A stretch of DNA of 64,000 bases from Longimicrobiales bacterium (lineage in GTDB: Bacteria; Gemmatimonadota; Gemmatimonadetes; Longimicrobiales; Gaopeijiaceae): positions 704,001-768,000 of the forward strand of contig CBDFMQ010000002.1 in NCBI GenBank assembly GCA_965249725.1, read 5' to 3'. The notes under the pieces were generated by a model. The model had not been told where the DNA came from, ran no database searches, and saw only the letters and a list, made by a program, of their open reading frames with translations. A program made the position numbers and the translations under genes. Numbering within the stretch: the first letter of the stretch is position 1; each line of letters starts with the position of its first letter. Below, in pieces: positions 21,126 to 29,629 of this stretch.

Positions 21126-21461
21126 ATGAGTGACAACGGGAAGATCGTAGAAGTCACGGACCAGAACTTCGCCGAGACTATTGAGGCGGGTACCGGTCTC
21201 ACCATGGTGGACTTCTGGGCTGCGTGGTGCGGTCCATGCCGAATGGTGGCGCCCATCGTAGAAGAGTTGGCCGAGGAGTACGGCGACGAAGGATTGACGG
21301 TCGGGAAGCTCGATGTGGATGCGAATCCAGAGGTGACCGTGCGGTTCGCCGTGCGCTCCATTCCGAGCATCCTCTTCTTCAAAGATGGAGAGCACGTCGA
21401 CACGGTGGTGGGGGCCGTCCCGCGCCCGACGCTGGAGGCGAAGGTACAGGAACACATGTAA
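21126..21461 (+). CDS. trxA: Thioredoxin
   Basis: DFWAAWCGPC; AGGAG RBS. Confidence 0.95.
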   Translation: MSDNGKIVEVTDQNFAETIEAGTGLTMVDFWAAWCGPCRMVAPIVEELAEEYGDEGLTVGKLDVDANPEVTVRFAVRSIPSILFFKDGEHVDTVVGAVPRPTLEAKVQEHM

Positions 21462-21502
21462 CGAGGCGTTTCGGGTCCGGCACCCGGACTCTGACGAAGC
21501 GA

Positions 21503-21540
21503 GGCTCGGGAGCGAAAGCCCCCGGGCCGTTCGTTTTATT
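21503..21540 (+). terminator. Probable intrinsic terminator after trxA
   Basis: GGCTCGGGAGC-GAAA-GCCCCCGGGCC stem with GAAA loop, then GTTCGTTTTATT. Confidence 0.65.
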
Positions 21541-21584
21541 GGAGGGTGAATCCTGAAGCGCGGTCGAGTGCTATACTGCTTCGC

Positions 21585-22454
21585 ATGAGCACCCTGTACA
21601 TCGTCGCCACGCCCATCGGCAACCTCTCGGACACGTCCGCAAGGGCCGTCGAGATCTTGGGTTCCGTGGACGGAGTGTTGGCCGAGGACACGAGGCGTAC
21701 GAAGATCCTGATGGACCACTTCGGGCTTCGCGTGCCACTCACCTCCCTTCACGAACACAACGAGGCGGCGCGCGCCGAGGGCATCGTCAGTCGCCTGGAT
21801 TCAGGCCAGCGGCTGGCCCTGGTCTCGGATGCCGGCACGCCGCTGGTGTCGGATCCAGGAGAGCGCCTGGTGCGCTCGGTTGTAGAGGCCGGGCATGACG
21901 TCGTGCCCATTCCGGGGCCGTCGGCGATCCTCACTGCGCTGGTCGGTGCCGGCTTCCCGACGGTACCCTTCACCTTCCACGGATTCCTCCCGCGCAAGAA
22001 GGGGCCCAGGACCGAACTCCTGGAGCGGATTGCGGGGGCCGGGGAGACTTCGGTCGTGTTCGAAGCACCCGACCGTCTCGGCGCGCTCCTGCGTGATCTC
22101 GGGGAGCTGGCCGGGGAGGCGCGCCAGGTTGTCGTGGCCAGGGAGATGACCAAGATTCATGAGGAGTTTTTCCGGGGAACAATGGGTGAAGCAGCCCGCT
22201 ACTACGCCGAGGATCGACCCCGCGGAGAAATCACCGTGGTGGTGTCGCCGAAGGCCGAGGAGGAATCCGGACAACGGGTCGACGAGGCGGCGGCGCGAGC
22301 ACTCGCCGAGGCGCTTCTCGCCGAAGGCCTGACACCGAGTCGGGCGGCTCGCGAAGTTGCGGTCCGTTTGAGAATTGCGAAGAACACGGCGTACGAAATC
22401 GTCCACGCACTTCCGGGCACCAGAGGTGCCCCTATAGAAGAGGAATCGAGTTGA
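21585..22454 (+). CDS. rsmI: 16S rRNA (cytidine1402-2'-O)-methyltransferase
   Basis: LYIVATPIGNL, AEDTR, VSDAGTPLVSDPG, AREMTKIHEE. Confidence 0.93.
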   Translation: MSTLYIVATPIGNLSDTSARAVEILGSVDGVLAEDTRRTKILMDHFGLRVPLTSLHEHNEAARAEGIVSRLDSGQRLALVSDAGTPLVSDPGERLVRSVVEAGHDVVPIPGPSAILTALVGAGFPTVPFTFHGFLPRKKGPRTELLERIAGAGETSVVFEAPDRLGALLRDLGELAGEARQVVVAREMTKIHEEFFRGTMGEAARYYAEDRPRGEITVVVSPKAEEESGQRVDEAAARALAEALLAEGLTPSRAAREVAVRLRIAKNTAYEIVHALPGTRGAPIEEESS

Positions 22455-22500
22455 GCGAAGCGATGCACAACGACCTCGCAAACGGAGGTCTCGGAGGATC

Positions 22501-23166
22501 GTGGTAAGCACCGTTCTGCTGTTGGGTGCGCTGGTCTCTGGGAATCCGGGGCCTGCGTCCGACTCCGTCCTGTCGATCGCCCGCCTGCAGTACGAGGGCG
22601 GTGGGGATTGGTACGCCAATCCCTCGTCGCTTCCCAACCTCCTCGCCGCCATCCACGAGCGAACCGGCATGCCTGTGTCGGGTCGCCCGGAGACGGTCCG
22701 CCCGTTGGACCCGTCACTCAAGGACTTCCCCTATCTGTACATGACCGGACACGGGAACGTGCGCTTTTCTGCCGAAGAGCGAGCGGCCCTGCGGGAGTAT
22801 CTGCTGTCCGGTGGATTCCTCCACGCCGACGACAACTACGGCATGGACGAATCCTTCCGAAGAGAGATGACGGAGATCTTCCCGGAATACGAGTTGTCCG
22901 AGCTTCCGCCCGATCATCCGGTCTTCGACGTCATGTACTCCCTTCCGGAGGGGCTGCCGAAGATCCACGAGCACGACGGGCAGCCCCCGCAGGCCTTCGG
23001 CATCTTCCATGGCGGGAGGTTGGTCGTTTTCTATAGCTATGAGTCCGACCTGGGCGACGGCTGGGAGGATCCCGATGTGCACGAAGACACGGAGGATCTC
23101 CGTGAAGCTTCGATCCGCATGGGCGTGAATCTCTACCTCTACGTCCTGAGCCAGATGGTGCCGTGA
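22501..23166 (+). CDS. DUF4159 domain protein
   Basis: GGGDWYANPSSLPNL, YMTGHG, GGFLHADDNYG, DLGDGWE. Confidence 0.8.
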   Translation: MVSTVLLLGALVSGNPGPASDSVLSIARLQYEGGGDWYANPSSLPNLLAAIHERTGMPVSGRPETVRPLDPSLKDFPYLYMTGHGNVRFSAEERAALREYLLSGGFLHADDNYGMDESFRREMTEIFPEYELSELPPDHPVFDVMYSLPEGLPKIHEHDGQPPQAFGIFHGGRLVVFYSYESDLGDGWEDPDVHEDTEDLREASIRMGVNLYLYVLSQMVP

Positions 23167-23197
23167 GCTACGTCGGCCTCCTGCACCAGATAGCGCC

Positions 23198-26100
23198 GTG
23201 AGTCCGGCTCCCGTACGGATCGTCCGCGTCGTGGGGGATGTGAGAGAGCATCTCCTGAAGCGTGCACGTCTGGCCCTCGGCCTGTGGCTCGGCGCGGGTG
23301 TGACGGCGGCGCTGATCTTGGCGTGGCTGGTGGCCGCACCGAATGGCTGGCAACAAGGGACCATACTGCCTTTGACGATCGATCTGGGCCTGCTGTCGCT
23401 CGGCGTTCTGGCTTGGACCGGATACCGGCAGGTCAGGACCCTCTGGCTTCGGGAGCCCAACCTGACGGCGAGCATGGAGGAGAGCGCCGGTCTCGCCCCC
23501 GGAGTGTTGCAGGGCTCCTTGGAGTTGGCCCGCACGCTTCCGCCCGGCGTATCGTCCGCCCTGGCGGCCCAGGCGGCCGAGGAGACCCTGACCGACCTGC
23601 ATGGGCCCAGACCCAGGCTTGCCGGCCGCCTCGGCGGTGAGGCGCAGGGCTGGATACGCCGTGGCACCGTGGGCTTGGCGGTTCTCGTCCCGATGGTGGT
23701 CTTGCTGACGATGGTGTCGCCCACCCGGTCGTTCGCGGCCTGGTCCGGACTGGCGCGGCCGTTCGGCCTTCTGGCGGGTCCTACACTCCCGCCGCTCGAA
23801 GTGACGCCAGGTTCCGCCGAGGTTCTTCGTGGCACGGACGTGCCCCTCACCGTCACTGCGCCGGGGCGCTTGGCGGTCACGGTCCATTGGCAGGCGGCCG
23901 GTGACGTGGCCACGGAAGAGCGCCTCGACGTGATCGCCGACCAGGCCGGCTTGGTCCTCCGCACCGTGTCGGCGCGGACCGAGTACTGGGTCGAGGCTCC
24001 CGACGGCGCCCGCTCCCCGACGTACGAGCTGCAGCCCATCGACCCGCTGCTGGTCAGTGATGTGACCGTCTCGCTCACGTTTCCGCCGCATACGGGTCGA
24101 TTCCCGGAAGAGTACGGGGCCGACCTACCGCCGCTCGACATCCCGGCCGGAAGCCGGTTCGCCATTCAGGGCCGTGCGAGCCGACCGCTCGCTTCGGCCG
24201 GACTGGACGGGCCCCTAGGGGAGGAAGAGGTCCGCCTGGCGGTGTCGGGTCAGGACTTCGAAGGGAACTGGCGGCCACGAGCCAGCGGCGTGTATCCCTG
24301 GCACTTCACCGACACCGAAGGAGATCCCGCCGAAGTGGCGCCTCCTCCGCTGGAGCTGACGCTGGTGCCTGATTCGGCGCCCTACGTGGCGGTCCTGGTG
24401 CCCGGCAAGGACACCCTGTTGCCTGTGTCTCTTCGCCAGCCCTTGGTGCTCGAGGCGGCGGACGACTACGGCCTCGACCGATTGGAGCTGGTGGTCTACC
24501 GGGTGACGGCGTTCGGTGACCGCCTCGAGCCCGTGGTGAATCCGATGCCGGTGGGAGGCACCCGCGGCGCGCTCTTGCGTCCCGTCATCGACCTGACACG
24601 CTGGGAGCTGCTTCCGGGCGACACCGTACGCTACTTCGTTCGTGCCCTGGACAACGCGCCTGATCCCAACGTGAGCGAGACCCCGGAGTACGTGCTCCGG
24701 CCGCCCACCCCGGCCGATCTCCGACGCGAGGCGCAGGAGCGTCTGGATGAAGCGGCCCGAGGCGTACAGGAGTTGGCCGAGCGGGCGGACGAGGAGGCCC
24801 AGGAAGCGCAGGATCTCGAGCGGCAGTTGGAGAATCCGCCCGAACCCGAGCGCAGCCCTCTCAATAATCCGGAAGAGGCCCAGGACCGGATGGACTTCCA
24901 GGAACAGGAGGACATCCGAGGGGCCCTGGAGGACCAGGAAGAGCTCCTCAGCGCGATCGACTCCCTGGAAATGGAGTTGGCTCAGCTCGATCGGGATCTC
25001 GAGGCGGCGGGCTTGGGAGATCCCGAGCTACAGAGAAAGCTCGAGGAACTGCAGCGACTGATGGACGAGTTGGCTCCCGAGGACATGCAGGAGCGTCTCG
25101 AGGAATTGTCCGAACAGGTCGAGGACATGAACTCCAGTGAAGCGGACCAGACGCTGGAGGAGCTCGCGGCCGACCAGGAGGCCCTTCGCGACAAGCTCGA
25201 GGCGGCTCTTGAGGCCTTCAAGCGCGCGGCTATGGAGCAGGACTTCAGAGCGACTGCCGCCGAGGCCGAGGAGCTGGCTCAGCAGGAGGAGGCCCTAGCG
25301 GACGCCATGGCCGAGGGGGATGACCCGGAGCTGCGTGGCGATCAGCAAGAGGTTCTGGAGCAGCAGGCCGAAGCGCTCCAAGAGCGCCTGGACCGACTAC
25401 AGGAGCGCCTCGAGGAGGCGGGTGAGACCGAGGCGAGCGAGGCGGTCGAGCAGGCCTCTCAGCAGGGTGAGCAGGCCCAGCAATCGATGTCCGAGGCGCA
25501 GGAGCAGTCTCGGATGGGCCAGGCGCAGGAGGCCTCGGAGTCCGCACAGGAGGCCGCCGAGTCCATGGAGCAGATGTCGCAGCAGCTCCAACAGGCGCAG
25601 CAGGAGATGGCCGAGCAGATGATGCAGGCCATGCAGGAGGAGATGCAGGAGACGGCCACGGACGCCTTGACCATGGCCCGGGAGCAGACGGATCTGCGGG
25701 AGCAGATGCAAGGGGCTGGGCGCGAGGAGTTGGCCAACATGCGCGGGGACCAGTCCGCACTTCTCCAGGGCCTACGCAACATGGCGGACAATCTCTCCTC
25801 GCAGGACCGCATGGGTCAGGGTGAAGATCGCGACGTCGCCGGTCAGATCGGTCAGGCCATGCAGGCCATGGAGCAGACTCTGGCGGCGCTCGAGGATCAG
25901 CGGGGGCGCACCCCGTCGCCTCTCAACGCGGCAGAACAGGCCGTGGGGGCCTTGAACCAGGTGGCGTTGGCCGCCATGGCCGCCGCCCAGCAGGCCGGCC
26001 AGATGGGCCAGTCCCAGTCGGCGCAGCAGATGATGGAGCAGATGGAGCAGCTGGCCCAGCAGCAAGGGTCGATCAACAGCCAGACGGGACAGCTGACGCC

Positions 26101-26575
26101 CATGCAGCTCGGTGAAGAGGCCATGTCCCAGCAGCTCCAGGACGCGGCCCAGCGGCAGCAGGACGTGGCCGAGGAGCTGCAGGAGGTCGCCCAGAAGCCC
26201 GGTGCTCAGGATGAGGCCCTGGGCGATCTGGAAGCCATGGCCTTGGAGGCGATGGAGCTGGCGGATCGACTGGCGGGCAACCGCCTCGACGCCGAGACCC
26301 TGCAGCGACAGGAGCAGCTCTTCCATCGCATGCTCGATGCGGGACGCAGCCTGGAGAAGGACGAGTTCTCCGAGGAACGTGAGTCGACGGCCCCCGGCGA
26401 GTTCGAGCGAGAGGACGTGGACGCACTCTCGTCCGAGGACTTGGGTGCACTTCGCTTCCAGCTGCCTCCAGCCGAGACCTTACAGCGACTCTCGCCCGCC
26501 CAGCGTCAGATGGTGCTGGACTACTTCGAGCGGTTGAACCGGGCGCAACGTCGCGGGCCGGGGGGGACTCAGTGA
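23198..26575 (+). CDS. Large membrane-anchored coiled-coil protein (DUF4175-like)
   Basis: N-terminal TMs, beta-rich middle with DDYGL, long Q/E/M-rich coiled coil, ending VLDYFERL. Confidence 0.75.
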   Translation: MSPAPVRIVRVVGDVREHLLKRARLALGLWLGAGVTAALILAWLVAAPNGWQQGTILPLTIDLGLLSLGVLAWTGYRQVRTLWLREPNLTASMEESAGLAPGVLQGSLELARTLPPGVSSALAAQAAEETLTDLHGPRPRLAGRLGGEAQGWIRRGTVGLAVLVPMVVLLTMVSPTRSFAAWSGLARPFGLLAGPTLPPLEVTPGSAEVLRGTDVPLTVTAPGRLAVTVHWQAAGDVATEERLDVIADQAGLVLRTVSARTEYWVEAPDGARSPTYELQPIDPLLVSDVTVSLTFPPHTGRFPEEYGADLPPLDIPAGSRFAIQGRASRPLASAGLDGPLGEEEVRLAVSGQDFEGNWRPRASGVYPWHFTDTEGDPAEVAPPPLELTLVPDSAPYVAVLVPGKDTLLPVSLRQPLVLEAADDYGLDRLELVVYRVTAFGDRLEPVVNPMPVGGTRGALLRPVIDLTRWELLPGDTVRYFVRALDNAPDPNVSETPEYVLRPPTPADLRREAQERLDEAARGVQELAERADEEAQEAQDLERQLENPPEPERSPLNNPEEAQDRMDFQEQEDIRGALEDQEELLSAIDSLEMELAQLDRDLEAAGLGDPELQRKLEELQRLMDELAPEDMQERLEELSEQVEDMNSSEADQTLEELAADQEALRDKLEAALEAFKRAAMEQDFRATAAEAEELAQQEEALADAMAEGDDPELRGDQQEVLEQQAEALQERLDRLQERLEEAGETEASEAVEQASQQGEQAQQSMSEAQEQSRMGQAQEASESAQEAAESMEQMSQQLQQAQQEMAEQMMQAMQEEMQETATDALTMAREQTDLREQMQGAGREELANMRGDQSALLQGLRNMADNLSSQDRMGQGEDRDVAGQIGQAMQAMEQTLAALEDQRGRTPSPLNAAEQAVGALNQVALAAMAAAQQAGQMGQSQSAQQMMEQMEQLAQQQGSINSQTGQLTPMQLGEEAMSQQLQDAAQRQQDVAEELQEVAQKPGAQDEALGDLEAMALEAMELADRLAGNRLDAETLQRQEQLFHRMLDAGRSLEKDEFSEERESTAPGEFEREDVDALSSEDLGALRFQLPPAETLQRLSPAQRQMVLDYFERLNRAQRRGPGGTQ

Positions 26576-26605
26576 GGAGCCCAGTGAGGAGCCCAGTGAG
26601 GAGCC
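26570..26605. repeat. 12-bp tandem repeat (CAGTGAGGAGCC) x3 at a gene junction
   Basis: Three perfect copies seen directly. Confidence 0.95.
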
Positions 26606-28368
26606 CGATCACGATGCTCTTGTCCCTGTTCGTGCTGTGTCCAGCCGGCGTGCGAGCCCAGGCCGACGATCCACTTCTCGAGGGGCGATTGCTCCGGACC
26701 TCCGCGAGCCAGGAGTCGCGGGGCAACCTCGATGGGGCGGAGACCATCCTGCGTGACCTCATGGAGCAGAGTCCCACGTCCACCGGAGGGCTGTTCGCGC
26801 TCGAACGCGTGCTCCGCTCTCAAGGGCGCATCGAAGAGATCCTGCCGGTGGCTCATCGGTACCGGGACTCGGAGCCCGATGCGGCTGCTCCCCGGATTCT
26901 GATGCTCAGAGTCTTCACGGAAGTGGACTCCCGGGACGATCTGGTGGAGGCGGCCGAGGCGTGGGTGGAGCAGTCCGGGACGTCGCCGGAACCGTATCGA
27001 GAGGTCAGCCGCATCTTCCAGCGCGTCTTCGGGCCGGAGCGGGCCCTTGCCGTCCTGGAGGACGGGCGAGACGCATTGGGCCAGCCGTCCCTTTTCGCCA
27101 TGGAGATCGGCGATCTGCTTCGAGACGTTGGAAGGATGGAGGAGGCCGTCCTGCAGTGGGCCCGTGTCATCGGGGACGACGGGGCGCAGGTCTCGGCCGT
27201 CATGCGCAGAGTGACCGAAATCGAAAAGGATCGAGCGGAGCTCGTACGACCCCTGGTGGAGCAGCTCTCTCGGTCGCCAACCACGGCCGCCCGACAGCGG
27301 GCAGGCGCGAGGATTGCGGTGGAGGCGGGCCTCGTGGACGAGGCGCGCGAGCTGGCCATGGAGGTGGCCGAGGAGCTGGAAGGACAAGCCAGGAGAGGCT
27401 TCCTCACGGCGTTGGCCCGGCAGGCCGAAGAGGCCGGTGGAGAAGCCGGCGCGGCAGCCGCTCTCACGCTCTGGGCGTACCAGGCGCTGCAGGACGCGGC
27501 GTCGGATGAGAACGAGGCGAGGGCGCTGGATCACCGTATCGCCGATGCGGCATTGGCGGCCGGGGACACGACCACCGCCCTCGCGGCACAGGGGTCGATC
27601 GCTGAGGGTCTCCCCTTGGGGAGCGGGGAGCGACGACGTGCGTTGGCCGAGGTGCTTCGCCTCCGGATCGCGAGAGGGGAGGCGGATGCCCGTATGCGTC
27701 TCGATCGCTTCCGGACCGAGTTTCCCGAGGCAGGAGAGATCGACGAGCTGGCGGTGACCCTGGCGGTGCGTCTGGAAGAGCAGGGGGACGACATGGGAGC
27801 TCGGTCGCTGCTCGCCGGTCTCGATGGACCCAAGAGCCTGCTGGAACGTGGGTATCTCTATTTGGCGTCGGGCGAAGTGGTGCCCGGCCGCATGAACCTG
27901 CGCGAGGCGCTCCCGGGACTCTCTCCCCTCGAGGCGACCGACGTGATCTCCCTCCTGGGCCTCCTGGACGAGCTTCAGGGCGAGGCCCTGGTGGCCGTTA
28001 TGTCCAGCGCGGTGCTCGCACACCGAGGTCGCATCGCTGCGGCGGTCGACGAGGTGGCCTTCGTGATAGACCGGCTTCCGAGAGCGGACCAACCGGCCGT
28101 GCTGGCCCACGGTGCCCGCATCGCGGACGTTGGGGAGTTGGCGTCCGAGGCGGCGGACCTCAGGGCCCGCATCGTTCGGGACCATCCGGATGCGGCCGAG
28201 ACCCCCGAGGCGACGCTTGAGTTGGCCCGATTCAGGGGTGCGTCGTCCGACGGCGTGGAAGAGGCGGTACGACTACTCGAGGACTTGATCCTGAGCCAAC
28301 CTGAAAACGCGATCGTACCCATGGCTCGCCGGGAGCTCCAGAAGCTGAGGGACGGAAGAGGTCCATGA
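26572..28368 (+). CDS. Exported TPR-like helical repeat protein (start uncertain, 26572-26614)
   Basis: Signal peptide (VRA-Q), Ala/Leu-rich helical repeats. Confidence 0.7.
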   Translation: MRSPVRSPVRSPITMLLSLFVLCPAGVRAQADDPLLEGRLLRTSASQESRGNLDGAETILRDLMEQSPTSTGGLFALERVLRSQGRIEEILPVAHRYRDSEPDAAAPRILMLRVFTEVDSRDDLVEAAEAWVEQSGTSPEPYREVSRIFQRVFGPERALAVLEDGRDALGQPSLFAMEIGDLLRDVGRMEEAVLQWARVIGDDGAQVSAVMRRVTEIEKDRAELVRPLVEQLSRSPTTAARQRAGARIAVEAGLVDEARELAMEVAEELEGQARRGFLTALARQAEEAGGEAGAAAALTLWAYQALQDAASDENEARALDHRIADAALAAGDTTTALAAQGSIAEGLPLGSGERRRALAEVLRLRIARGEADARMRLDRFRTEFPEAGEIDELAVTLAVRLEEQGDDMGARSLLAGLDGPKSLLERGYLYLASGEVVPGRMNLREALPGLSPLEATDVISLLGLLDELQGEALVAVMSSAVLAHRGRIAAAVDEVAFVIDRLPRADQPAVLAHGARIADVGELASEAADLRARIVRDHPDAAETPEATLELARFRGASSDGVEEAVRLLEDLILSQPENAIVPMARRELQKLRDGRGP

Positions 28369-29618
28369 GGAGATTTCGTTTGTTGGCGGTGCTGGCCCTG
28401 ATGGCCATGCCGGCCTCTGCCGCGGGGCAGTTCTTGCTCGTGCCGATGGACCGCGCTCAGGTCAATCATCTCAAGGCGTATGGCCTCACCTACTGGACTC
28501 TCGAGCAGTTCGGCCGGTCCGAGTGGTTCCTCAACTATCGGGACGGAGCGTTCCTCCTCCTGGACACGCCGGCCGTGCGCCGACAGGCTGCTTTGCGAGG
28601 GGTCACCGTCGAGGCCGTCGGAGGTGCCGACGTAGCGGCGATCCGTGCAACGATCATGGACTCGAACATGGACGCGGTGGTGCTTGAGAAGGCGCCCAAA
28701 GTGGCGATCTACACACCGCCGAACAGCACGCCGTGGGATGATGCGGTGACCCTGGCCCTCGACTACGCCGAGATCCCATACGAGAAGATCTGGGACGACG
28801 ACGTCATCGACGAGAAGCTCGAGGACTACGAATGGCTACACCTTCACCACGAGGACTTTACTGGTCAGTACTCCAAGTTCTTCATCACGTACGCCGGGTC
28901 GCCCTGGCTGCAGGATGAGGTGGCCCGAAACGAGGAGGTGGCTGGGCGACTCGGGTTCGCCAGCGTTCCAGCCCTGAAGAAGGGCGTCGCCCTGGAGATT
29001 CGGCAGTACGTGGAGGACGGCGGATTCCTTTTCGCCATGTGCTCCGCGACGGAGACTCTGGAGCTGGCGTTGGGGGCGCAGCAAGTCGACATTGCTGCCG
29101 CCTATTCCGATGGCACGCCGGCCGATCCCGACGCCACGAGCAAGATGGACTGGTCGGGCACCATGGGCTTCACCGACGCCGTGGTGCAGGTCGGTCCGTC
29201 GGTGAACGCCTTCAGCGACATCGACGGGCATCAGGTCAACACGCCTTGGCGTCTGCAGCTCGGCGCCTTCACGCTCTTCGACTTCTCGGCCAAGTTCGAT
29301 CCCGTGCCCACGATGCTCACGCAGAATCACCAGGACATCATTCCCGATTTCTACGGACTGACGACTTCCTTCCGCATGGATCGACTGAAGCCCGGGACCA
29401 TTGTGTTGGCCCAGGAGGGCGAAATCGCCAAGTACCTGCACGGGAACTACGGCGAGGGCACCTGGACCTATTTCGGAGGGCATGACCCGGAGGATCCGGA
29501 GCACCAGATCGGCGATCCGCCCACCGACCTGGACCTGCATCCCAACTCACCGTCGTATCGGCTGATCCTTAACAACGTCCTGTTCCCGGCAGCGAAAAAG
29601 AAGAAACTGAAGACCTGA
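28365..29618 (+). CDS. Conserved exported protein, class I amidotransferase-like (family often labelled 'asparagine synthetase B')
   Basis: Signal peptide, NHLKAYG, WLHLHHEDFTGQY, FAMCSA, GGHDPED, YRLILNNVLFPAAKKKKLKT. Confidence 0.7.
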   Translation: MRRFRLLAVLALMAMPASAAGQFLLVPMDRAQVNHLKAYGLTYWTLEQFGRSEWFLNYRDGAFLLLDTPAVRRQAALRGVTVEAVGGADVAAIRATIMDSNMDAVVLEKAPKVAIYTPPNSTPWDDAVTLALDYAEIPYEKIWDDDVIDEKLEDYEWLHLHHEDFTGQYSKFFITYAGSPWLQDEVARNEEVAGRLGFASVPALKKGVALEIRQYVEDGGFLFAMCSATETLELALGAQQVDIAAAYSDGTPADPDATSKMDWSGTMGFTDAVVQVGPSVNAFSDIDGHQVNTPWRLQLGAFTLFDFSAKFDPVPTMLTQNHQDIIPDFYGLTTSFRMDRLKPGTIVLAQEGEIAKYLHGNYGEGTWTYFGGHDPEDPEHQIGDPPTDLDLHPNSPSYRLILNNVLFPAAKKKKLKT

Positions 29619-29629
29619 GGGGCGATCCT

